Positions 13,814-25,700 of a stretch of DNA of 64,000 nt are shown in pieces. Location of the stretch: contig CM119267.1 of NCBI GenBank assembly GCA_051294375.1, forward strand, positions 13,755,326-13,819,325, given 5' to 3'. The position numbers and the translations under genes are program-made. This DNA is from Paraspadella gotoi. Taxonomy: Eukaryota > Animalia > Chaetognatha. How positions within the stretch are numbered: position 1 is the first letter of the stretch; every line of letters starts with the position of its first letter. Below the pieces are notes generated by a model. That model was given only the letters and a program-made list of their open reading frames with translations. It searched no databases and had not been told where the DNA came from.

Positions 13814-14068
13814 TATGGCAACAGACGGGTTGCCTGTGATGCCCATTGGGATGGGGCATCTCACTGTTGGCTTTGGCGGCTTCCGACCCTCAGTGACGCA
13901 TCCAGTCACTGGTGCGGTTACCCTAGGACGGTCTTGCTTTGTCAACGCAGAGGGAAGTCGCTAGGACTGTGGATGGAACACAACGCCGAGGATGGTGTGT
14001 TCCCCTTCTGGGGCAATGGTATTGGCTGAACGATCGTGGATGTGAGGTGGTGTGAATATACCACCACA
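13814..14068 (-). mobile_element. Solo-LTR-like/TRIM element, family A copy 1, with a partly decayed twister (13866-13946)
   Basis: Same TGTGG...CCATA ends; flanks TTAT/ATAT (TSD with one mismatch). Twister core GA CCG..UAA..U CGG AAGC is retained, but T2 GC>AC and P2/P4/P5 carry mismatches. Confidence 0.8.
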
Positions 14069-14753
14069 ATATTTTAATATAATTAATAGTAACGGTGTTC
14101 CGTAATCCTCGAGCAAAAATATTTTTACATTGATGTAAACCTGTAAAGAAACTTTTGACGATGTTAACTGCTTATGTCAATGTTTATTATACTATATACT
14201 ATTATACTATTATACTATATTTATAGTATTATCATGATTGTGCTATTCCTGTTAGATGTAGCCTGAATGTATTTTTATTTCAAGTTTGATTTAATTAAAA
14301 ACTCTTAGTATGATTTTAAAAATATAAATTAATAATAAATAAGCTTTTTGGTGGGCTTCCTTAAGACAGCACTTACCCGGTGGGACTATACCAGCTCGAA
14401 TCTGAACCTCCCGCAGAGAACGCGAGTTGGGTGGGTTTCCCTTGTTTTTCTTGACGAATATAGGAATAGACATTTTCTGCTTAAAAAAAAATATAAAAAT
14501 AAAATAAATAATGGTTTCTTCCCTAAAAGAAGAAAATAGATTATATATCTTTTATAGTTTTTATGTTGTCTCACAAAAAATCAGAATTTTACACCCATCT
14601 TATTCAATATTTAATTATTTAGTATTAGTTGCGCCGCGAGTACTCGCGGAGCAACTCTATAAGTCACTTTTCGGTCGGTCAGTATGTCTGTCCTACTTAC
14701 GTTAAAAATATATATTATTTGCCTATAGTTGGTTGCTCATTTGTTAAGACAGA

Positions 14754-15866
14754 AAACAAATTTGAGCAAACAATGTCGAATCTGCCTACGATAATTAAGC
14801 GGTAATCATCTCTAGCCATCGACGAGGGCGTCGGCGACAGTCTTGGCGGAAATGTCCTTCATGGGGATGGCGATGGGCCATCGAGTAAATCTGACGGCTG
14901 TCAACACGTAATTGAAACCGTTAGACGATGGGAGAGTTACAATGTCGACGTGAATATGATTAAAGCGGCGCTCAGGGAGCTCGAAGGTGCCAATTTCTGG
15001 CATTGTATTTCGCGTTACTTTGGCGCGTTGACATTCGTGGCACTCGCGAGCCCACCGAGAGACCTCGGCGCGCATTGAGGGCCATACGAATTTCTCGCTG
15101 ATTATTTGTCGGGTCCTCTCGACTCCGGGATGGCCAAGGTTGTGGACCGTCTCAAAGACTCGACGGCGCCAGGAGAATGGCACGAATGAGCGCGGAGGAC
15201 TGTTGCTTACGTCGACTGAGATTGACGTTTTTCCAATTGGAATCCGGCGGAAACGGAGGCCGGACGTGGCGTCGGTTGAGATGCGTCGAAACTCGGCGTC
15301 AAGTGGTTGGTCGACGGCCATCTTTTGAAGGTCTACGCCGTGTTGCAGGATCGAGTTTGCCAGTTGATCGAGATTTTGTTGTTTCTCCGCGGGGTCCTCT
15401 TTGTCGATTGTCGCCGAAAAAACATAGGTCGCATTTACTAAAACGTTTTTTTCCATTTAAACTCATTTCCACTCGCGCGATTCCATCGAAACTTTATCTC
15501 AAGCTTATTACCACACTTTGCTACCCAGACACAAAGTTTCATCTCAATCTAATCATCCAATTATGATTAATTATAGTAATTTTGGGTTCAAATTCGGAAA
15601 AAGATTTATGTAAGTGACTTTTTTTTTTCATTTAAACAGATTTCCATTCGAAACTTTATATCAAGCTCAATCACACACTTCCCTACCCACACACAAAATT
15701 TAATTTCAATCCATCAATCCAATCACGAGTAATTTGAGTTTATTGATAAGGGGGAACGGACGGGCGGACAAACAGATGGACAGACATAATTTTTTTGGTA
15801 TAATTTATCAAAATTCGACGTACCGACGGACCGACAAAGTGGATTATAGAGTAAGGATCTGCTGAA
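14754..15866 (-). mobile_element. HINE-like element enclosing the Gypsy integrase fragment
   Basis: HINE end at 14754-14808 and HINE body/other end at 15420-15866 bracket the integrase piece. Confidence 0.6.
14812..15415 (-). pseudogene. Ty3/Gypsy integrase fragment (HHCC zinc finger and start of catalytic core)
   Basis: VHNLGHPGVERT...FVWPSMRAEVSRWARECHECQRAK...RFNHIHVDIV...YVLTAV-RFTRWP; GC-rich island truncated at both ends. Confidence 0.9.
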
Positions 15867-18800
15867 AAGAAGTGTCATCAATCACCTTTGGAAATCACTT
15901 TTTCCCCAATTCCATTTTGAGACTATGATTTTAAGGTCTTGCTATATTTTACTGCCGGAACCAATTCAAATTTTTTTTGCACCAATCGATAGCGCTTTAA
16001 AAGAGCTATACTTTTCAAGTATATTTTTTCATATAAAGCGATTTACAAAAAAATCAATCCCTCAATTTTAAGATTTGCCGTATTGTATTCGTTTTAATTT
16101 AATTCACACTCAAAAAACAAGTTTACGCAAACAAGACAGTCACAGACTGTTAATTGTGCTTTCAATGGCGATCAATACACATTATTCTCTTTCTCTCTCT
16201 CTCTTTTTTTCTCTCTCTCTCCCTCTCATCCCCTTTAATTTCTTCTGAGCTCTTCAACTTCGTAAGAGATAACTGATGTAAAGTCATCCTCTCAGCACCA
16301 AGCGCGATTGCGCAATGCGCATGCCTTCGGCAGAATGTGAGCGCCGATCCGAATACGAATGAAAAATTGAGAATGAGTTCGTGAAATTTCTTTAAGTAGC
16401 CCCTCCAGCATTAACTAAAAAATTGGGCTAACTTTTATATTCGACGACCGGGATTTTGCGGTCGGTAGTTTTTTTTTCGCTTCTTATGAGCGACATATAG
16501 AAATTTCGTTGCGCAAATATAAAAAGAATATTATTGGTAAGGGAAAAAAAAACTTTTTTATGTATATTGGCAAATATTAGCATAAATTTCATAATTCTTT
16601 CGCCTAGAAACCATTTAACCCTAACCACTAGAGTGATGTGAAAATAAAAAAATCAAAATGTAACATATAAAATATAAAAATAAAAACTAATAAAAATCAT
16701 TTAGTAAATTTATTTTTTAATTTTATAGATTAGTAAGCACCAGTGATACATATAAATATATATATATATATATATAAATATATATTTTTAAAATTTTAAG
16801 ATCGGATTTGGATTTTTTGTAAAAAGTTGATATCAGAAATTATAATTCTTTTTAAAAAAATATTTTATTAAGTTGGTCAAAAATATAAAAAAAACTATAT
16901 GCTTTTCGAATAAAACTTTATATTTTTAAAAGATGGTTTATTGAAATTAAATTTGAATCGAAAAGATCTTAAAGATCTTAAAGAAGTAAGTTTGGGTTAA
17001 GGGTAAGTTTGGGTTAGGGGTAAGTTAGAATTAAATTTAAAATTAAGTTTCGGCTTAAGCATACAATAATTTAACTTTTCAAAAAATAATATTTAAATAT
17101 TAATAAATTTATAAAAAAAATATTATAATAATATTTACAAAGAAACAGAGTTTTTATTTATGATTACAATGATCATTTAATAATTCGGAGAGAGAGAGAG
17201 AGATATCAAGGTTAAAATTACCTCTCTTTCTATCTCTCAAAGTTAGTATCCAAATATTTGTTAAAACTATTAAAACTGGCTGATGAAGGTTCAAAAAACA
17301 ATAACCAAAACATATCTGAATTAATAAATGATTGTGGTTATTACAAATAAAAACTGTTATTTTGTAAATATCTATCAAAGGCAATAAAAAAATATTACAA
17401 TTATTAATATTTAAAAAACATTTTTTAAATAATTTTAAAAAAATCCTTAGCTCGTGAAGCTTAAAAACGTTTTTAATATCATAATCATTGTTGTTACAGT
17501 CTTAAATTTTTTTTTCTGTAAAGAAAAGAACTTTATTTTTTCCTCTTCTTTCTCTTCATTTTCCCATAAGCCTCCAGAGCATATTCAAATTATTATTACA
17601 ATAAATTTTTTAAAGATATAAAGTCTATAAAGTATTGCAATTGATAAAATATTAAGAATTCGCAGTAACCAACTTTTATTTTAAATACGACAAGACCGAC
17701 AAAACTTTGTATTAAAAGTTTTTGCACTTTCATAATTTAATCAGGTTTTTAATTAAATTATAATTAGTTCACCGGATATTAAAATATAAATATTACCAAA
17801 ATTTTTTTAAAAGATATTCGCTCATGACGGTTGTTTTCTTCTGGGTTTGCAGCCTCGTCCCCGCTTTCGGTTCTTGTTATTTGATATTTAAAATTATTTA
17901 AAAATATTTTTTTCATTCTAATTTGATTTTTTTCTCTTAATACCCTTTTACTTATTTGTAATGTGGCTATAGAATTATGGTAAAATGCTAATAATTATGA
18001 TTTTTTTTGCCATTACTATAATAACTAAAGTAATTAAAATAAAATATAAGCATATCTCCTTACGAAGATATCCATTTATAATTTTGTTTTTGTTTTAGGA
18101 AAAAACCTCATTTAACAGGTCAGGTAATTAGTTAAAGCAAAAGTGATAAAGTATTTATATTGTTATAAATATATTTTTTATTTAAAAAATTATAATAAAG
18201 ATCAAAAACATTAACCAAAAATTGAAAAAGATTTAAAAAAAAATTTAGTGTAAAAAGTAGAAAAGTATTTTATAAATGTACGAGGTTTTGTTCGAGATAG
18301 CTTTTTAAACAGTGATTTTTAATTTCCAGCTTAAAAATATAATTTTTATAATTCTAACCTATTTATAAAAATCTACTATAAAATTAAATTCAATAGGGGT
18401 GGGGGTTTAAAACTTTAGTCTTGAAGTCTACTTTTAGGTAAAAAATTTTTTTTTTAAAAAGTTCGATTTTAATGCTATTAAAATTACAATATTACTATAT
18501 AATGATCACAATTTTTTTTAATCAATCTTAACTTTTTTTGATGGATTCTGATAGAGCATAAAAAGTTAAATAAAAAATTTAATTACAACTTTCAAAAATA
18601 TTTATATTTTTTTGGTCAAAATTAAGAAAAAATAATAAAATTATCGAAGAATGATGATGATGATGATTATAAATAGTTTTTCATATTTTTCACACACTTA
18701 TGATCAAAATATCAAAAAAGAATTATACTTTGTGTAAACAACTTTTTACAAGCTACCTGAATCTGACCTTAAAAATCAAAAAATCGAAATTTTTAGCCTT

Positions 18801-19404
18801 TCCTATTTATAAATAAATATTAAAAAATTAATATATGGAATATGGAGTAATATTAAACAATTTTGTCTATTCAATTTTTTTAAAAAATGTCTAAATTTTC
18901 GTTTGAGCAGGGGCTTAATTCAAATTTCTTAACCACCTGACTGAATTAGTCTCCCCCTACTATTTAATAACATATCAAGTTATCAAAAGGTTGGAAGTGA
19001 GAAGGACATTGATTTTATAATTTATTCTGACTCTGATTAAAGAAGACAGCTAACCGATTTATATATATAAGTTATAACTGCTGTTTTTGACTTAGTAGCT
19101 GTCAAGAGTTACTATGTTAATATTTCATTGCCGTCTTGTTTTATTTTCGCTTCCCTATTGCAAACAAAAGACTTTTCTTATAATTTTACAAATTAGCTAC
19201 GGTATGTATGAGGACTGAGGAGAATAATAAAAAACATACGTTTAAAAAAATAATTAAATTTACTCATTAACTTAAATTTAAAGTTGAATGCTCATGAAGG
19301 TTTTTGGCTTCGGATTTGATTTATTCGGATCTTTTTCTCTTCGTTTCTTTTTCTTTTTCCCGTCTCTTAATTTTGTTCGCACTTGTCCCAAGATGCTCCT
19401 CTGC

Positions 19405-19445
19405 TGTGATTGGCTCGATGCGGTTCAAATTAAAAGGTGATTGGA
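19405..19445. promoter_or_regulatory. Candidate Ttd14 promoter: tandem inverted CCAAT boxes with a CHR-like element
   Basis: ATTGG at 19409 and 19440 flank GCGGTTCAAA, just upstream of a probable 5'UTR exon ending at the GTAAGT donor at 19584. Confidence 0.4.
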
Positions 19446-19712
19446 GCTCCTAATGTGCGACGTCAACGACTCAAAGAATCAGCAATTTTTTTTCTCCTCA
19501 TTTATTCTCCACAGCTCACATGGCTCGCACGAATACTCTCTCCGTCTTTTTTTCCGCGCGTTCGTTATTTTCTGATTCGATGCGGTAAGTTAATGTTTCC
19601 TTTTCATTCATACTCGTGCCTGGAGTAGGATTATAATTCTCCTATTTTCAATTTTGATAATTTTCATTTTCAGTGGTTGTTCGGAACGGCATTGGTTATT
19701 CAAATCGAAAAT

Positions 19713-22700
19713 ATGACGTCTCAGACAGAAAAAAGTAGCGGAGCGGGCTTGGCTGAGGACTCATCGACGAATCGGGAAAAGATAAACGGCGTAGAAAGTA
19801 GACATTTCCGATACGCTTCGTCTTATTAATAACTTGTGATTTCACTATAGTTTGTGGGGTTTATTCGCTCAGTGAGGAGTATTGAAGCAGTGCAGTTGAA
19901 GCAGTTTTTCATAATTCACGATAACCAGGGAAATATTGATTTTTTTTGCTACGTATAGGATTGCCACATGCTTATATTTGACTGAGAAAAATCGGCATAC
20001 GTCTTAACCGTTTTTTCCCATCGCTTCTTAAACGGCTACATTTATTTAAATTATTATTCTGAAACTTCAACTGTTTTCTCAATTTCGAATTCACGACTTG
20101 AACAGAGTTACTCAGGGGAATAGATTTAAATAACTAAGGCGTATCGGAAATGTTTAGAAGACAGTCATCGGAAAAAAAAAGATACTTCCCGCCGTATCTA
20201 CAAACTTGTTCTAACAGGAGGTAATTCTTGATTGAAGAATTCGAGTGACAGTTAAAGGAACATTTTACAATTTTTGACAATTTTAAGGGCCATGCGCCGG
20301 CAAAACGACTGGACAAAATCGCCTCAGCGATTTTTTCGAAAATCTAGGCTGGAAGGTAATTTTTAATTATATTTGTCCAAAGTAGGACAAAAATTGTCGA
20401 TTAGCAACATAATTTTTTAAATGTTTTATTCCGAAAATTTTGATTATTGATTAATGATCTTAAGACGGATGCGATAAGTTAAAAAAATTGTCATTGAAGA
20501 CACAAACGTCTTCTAATGAGAGAAAAAAAGAAATTCTGCTGCTGTGGTTGATTAATAATGATTATGTATAATCTCTACGATGTTTCGTGATTCATTTGTC
20601 TTGTATCGATCATTGCTAAAAAATCAATAATTCCTTGATTAAATTCGATAACCTTTTAATTAATTTTTTCTGTTAAATTATTAATAGAGAATTATAATTT
20701 TGTGCCTATTAAATTTTTTTTTAAGTTATGATTTTATTTGTTTCGATTTTTTTTTCTTTGCGTATGTTGCATTAAAGAAGAAAAACCTTTTGTTTCATGT
20801 TAATTTATTTTAATGAAAAACGTTTTTCATTAAATTAAATTCGTTGTATGAAAACAAAACAAAACAGTTTTTCTCCTTCAGATATATCATATGATTAAAA
20901 ATTTCGTAATTTAGCTAAAAATTTAAGATTTTTCTCAATTTGAAATTTCATTGTTAATTTAAATTTTCAAATTTTATTTAGGTCTTTCGAGCTCCAGAAA
21001 CGGCGACAGTATTGATGCAGTATGTATATGGGATTTGATGTTTTTTGGAACGAAATGATTGATATTTTGTTTTCTAATTAGGGGCGGAATTAAGTTCCCT
21101 GAGCTAAGTCAGCGGGATGCTTTCGTTTTTCAGGTATGAAATTGGTACTACTACAATTTCAATCAGTAAACGAGCTATCTTAATCATGCCCATGACATTT
21201 GAACATGTTATTCAATATCTTAAAAAAATTAATGATAATGAATAAATAACGTAAATGTTTTTTTTTATTTTACATATAACGATCATTCGATTTCAAGATA
21301 ATAGTGAAAATTGTTACCACCATTTCTAATTGCAAATGTTAAAAATATTACCAATTTATCAATTGTTGGTTATGTATTATTTGTCAAATATTTCAAGTGT
21401 GATACTGTAAATTTTAACGAGTTCTTTGATGACATTCGCATCTGGACTCTTGGTTCTTCTTTGGTAGGAGTTGTAAAAGCTGGTGTTTTATATTTAAAAT
21501 TTAATTTTCTACGATTGTATTTTCATTGATTGCTTTTTTATAAAAATACCCTCAAACTACATGTAATTTTTTTATTTTGGTAAATATTTAGGAGAATCTC
21601 ATCAAAACAATGCTGGCGATTGAAAACACTTACTTTGACATTGCTGAAACTTGTCCAAAAAACTGCATTGTTATTTGCGATCGCGGAATTATGGATGCAA
21701 CGGCGTGTAAGATTTATATCTCAAATATCAATAGGATAGCTAATAATGATAATTTATTCGTGGTATATTTGTTAAAAAAGGAAATGTTTAAATTTCAAAT
21801 TAAGCCATCGCTCCCTTTTCTACTTTAAATATTTAATATTAATAACATTATTAGAATAAAAATAAATTAAATTTACTCCTATCAACTTTTTTTAAAAGTT
21901 ATCTCCCTTGACGAATGGGATATCATGTGCAAACGAAATGGATGGAATTCTGTCGATTTGAGAGACAACAGATACGATCAAGTAATACATTTGGTGAGTG
22001 ATTTACATAATTAAAAATGTGAGATATAGGTTGAGCGGATTAACATGCCGTAAGGTTCACCGCAAATACATTTAGTAATGTAATTTTTATTTAATAGTAA
22101 AGTATCAACGAGGCAACTTGATAACATCGATAGAAACTGAAAACTAGAGGCGTAACAGAGTTAGAAAACTTTAGCCCAAGAATTTGCGGTCTTTAAGCGT
22201 TATTAAGTTATTTTTTTATTGCTTAGATTAATTGCTTCGTGGTAAAAATAGGTCTCGGCTGCCAAAGGCGCTGAAGAATATTATACGACGGAGGAACACA
22301 CTACTAGAAGCGAGGACGTTTCACTGGCTCGTATGAGAGATGACAAAGCATGTGCGGTAAGTAACGTATACAGAAGGCTTCAAATTAGAAAATGATACGC
22401 CGATTTTTCGTATCAAGAATAAAATTTGAAAAAAATTGGCATGAAGGTAGACACCAGGGAATTATCGAGAAGATTTTTGATATTAAATCCCTGAGAGGAG
22501 ATACAAGGCCCCGGGGTTGTACCTCATGGGGGCGAAAAAATCCATTTTTTAAAAATTTTCTTTACTATATATTTATGAAATTGGTACAATAATTAATTGA
22601 TGTCTTAACCACATAAAAAAAATTTTACATGTAAAATTGATGTATTTTTGTTAAATAGACGTTGTTTGAAGAGGCATGGTTCATCATTTAACTTCAAATT

Positions 22701-25700
22701 TTCTCTTATTCCAAATCTGGCATGAACCGTTGATGTTCATGGTCATAAAAATTAAGGTTAACTAGTTTGTTGGTAAAATACGTTTTTCAGGATAAGTAAA
22801 CGTCTATGCAACTATTCAAAATAAAAATATTCGAAAAAAAAGGTTTGACCATTTTCCGCCCCTGTGGGTGACACCCATGGGGGCCCATATCTCGGCTCAG
22901 GGTTCAAATATTGAAATTCGCCTCGATAGTTCTATTTGCATTCCCTTATTGATCATATATACAAAATTTCATTATATTTGTTCCAGTAGTTTTTTCGGAA
23001 CCGATTCTCGGCTCAAAAAACGGCGTATTATTTTCTAATATGAAGGCTTTTGTATTTATAACATAACGACATTGTATTCCTGACAATTTCGGGTTCGAAA
23101 ATTTATCAATTTTTTTAGGCATGGGTCGGTCACCCTTATTTCGACATAGTGGATAATTCTACATCTTTTGAAGCGAAGGTGGTTAGAATGATGAATATTG
23201 TTTGCATGCGAATGGGAATAGACGTTGGTGATCGTCTCATGCGTGAATCGAAAAAGAGAAAGTTTCTCGTTGCCATCATGCCCTCCGATAATGTATGTAT
23301 CATTTTTTAAACATTTAGCCTAAGCAATTAAAGTGATTCTTCGAATTACTCTGTGATTTGATTTCTATTGACAGGTATTCCCTGATTATCAAGACTTCGA
23401 AGTTATTCACGATTATCTATCAACACCTGGTCAAAAAACTCAAGCTCGATTGAGAAAACGTGGACAGCATGGGTCTTACACTTACATGCATACAATCAGA
23501 CGTCACTTGGAAAAGATTGAATCAACCGGCGAGCAGCCTGAACTTAAGCAAGCTATTTCAAGAAGAGATTACATTGTAAGAATAATCTTAAAGTGCGAAT
23601 AAAAATATAGTGAGGTCCCGCTCTTTTGGGACTAAAAACAAGTTTGAGTAAACAATGTCGGATCTAGCCCACGATCATTAGCGGTAATTAATTAATTAAT
23701 TAATTAATTAGGCAAATTATTTATTTATTAATTTGATCCAAAATGTTTGTTTTTAGGTCATTTCGTCATTGACCAGAAACAAAAGCAACGACGATGATGA
23801 TCACGACAATAATGCCGATAATGATTGACTTGATTGATTGATTAAATAATTATTTCATAAATAGATTGATCAAGTTATTAATAGATAAATAAATTGATTG
23901 ATTAAATAAATAATTGATAATTGACTGATTAATTAATTAATTGGGATTAATACATCTTGCATTTACATAATCAATTAGTGAAACAGGTTATTTGTTTTTT
24001 CCATTTAAAGTCATTTCCACTCAGACAATTCGATCGAAACTTTATTTCCAGCTTAATCACACACTTTCTTACCTCATACAAAATTTCAAGTCAATCCCCC
24101 AATCCTCTCATGAGTATTGACTCACGAGTAATTGGCGTTCAAATAGTGAAATATATTTTTTTGTTTTTTCCATTGAAACTCATTTCCACTCGCACGATTC
24201 CGTTAAAACTTCATATCCAGCTCGGTCACCCACTTCCCTACCCACTCACGAAATTTCATTCCAATCCATCCATCCAATCACGAGTAATTTTTTTGCTAAG
24301 GTGGGTTGGACGGACGTACGTACATCTTTTTTTTGGCCTAATTTATCATAATTCGATGTTATGACATGATATAAGTGAATGTTCGACGAGATTGTTGGGG
24401 CGGACCGATGGACCGACATGGATTAGAGTCTGGATCTGCTGATAAGCAGATCCGACTAAAAATTCGTAATGACATCATAATCAATTAAAAAGATTCACCT
24501 TTGGCAACCATGACCATCTCCAAGTGTCCAGAGAAGACGACATATGCTTTGGGGACCGCGTCCATTGGGAATTCTGTCATTTCTGTCACTATTGTTGCTG
24601 TCAGAAAGTTAACAGTTCTAGAGAGGATGTGTGGGGACATTCTGATTTTCATTAATCAGGGGATTGCAGTCAGAAAGATTTGCAAGGCCAAAAGTCATTT
24701 TGATTTTTGTTATAATTTCCTAAAATTTTGTAAGGAAGCGTCGCGAATAATTTTGACATATTGTGGAAAAAGCTTTAATTACTGTATTTACTGTCGGATT
24801 TTCCAGACATTTCTGATATCGATTGAAAGAAAATTGAGCCTATTTTCTAAAAATGGTTTCTTTTTTCTTTTATCATAAACCCTTTTTGTGCTGAAAGCAC
24901 TTGAAGTTATTCCCATTAGAGCTGGACCTCTCTGTAAAATGATCTAATTTTTTTTGTTGGAAAATGATTAAATCTGACGATATATCGCATTGTTGGATTG
25001 TTTAAAAACAAATCATTTCCATTTTTTTATAGATTTTACTGGCGCAAAAGGATCAAAGGAGAAGTAGCATCTACAAAAAAAGAAGATGCTTTACATTCAA
25101 TAATCATTATTACCAATTAGATGTTTATCTTGAACCATGCCCGGCAAGGTAAGAAAAATATATACAGTGAAGAGACAGTAATTATTGATGTGTTAATAAC
25201 AGAACCGTTCAATATAAGCAGTCCCTGAGCTTCGGATCAGGCTGTAACACCGTGTTACAGGCGGGTTAAGCGCCCCGTCCCTCTTAACTGCTAGGCGACC
25301 ACCGGGCTAGAACCCCGGACCTTTGGGTTGGGAGGCGAATGACTTGCCTCCGGCACCATTGGCCGCTGATGAACGGTTGGTGGATTTTAGTCCACCATAA
25401 CAGAAGGCTTCATATTATAAAATGTGGTACCCCTTTTTTGTGACCAGAATCTGTTCCCACCAAACTACCTGATCGAATTTAATGAAATTTTACATTTAGA
25501 GTGCTAATGACTATATAAATGGAACTATCGAGGCGAATTTTGATATTCAGCGGTCAAATATTGAAATTCGCCCCGATAGTTTTATTAGTATTCACATAAG
25601 GGATCGTTCATTCCAAATTTCAATAAATTTGGTCCAGTAGTTTTCTCGGAACGAGTTCTGGTCACCAAAAAGGGATACCACATTTTATAATATGAAGCCT

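Noticed and set aside
24501-24878. 125-aa plus-strand ORF
   Set aside because: Antisense shadow of a decayed mariner transposase.
25295-25366. Functional tRNA-Gly gene (likewise tRNA-Met at ~59330-59400)
   Set aside because: Anticodon stems do not pair, no oligo-T terminator follows, and both lie inside TSD-flanked mobile elements.
25366-25405. Hammerhead from CTGATGA..hairpin..GAA on the plus strand
   Set aside because: No GAAA/stem III; the downstream part is flanking DNA absent from the second copy.
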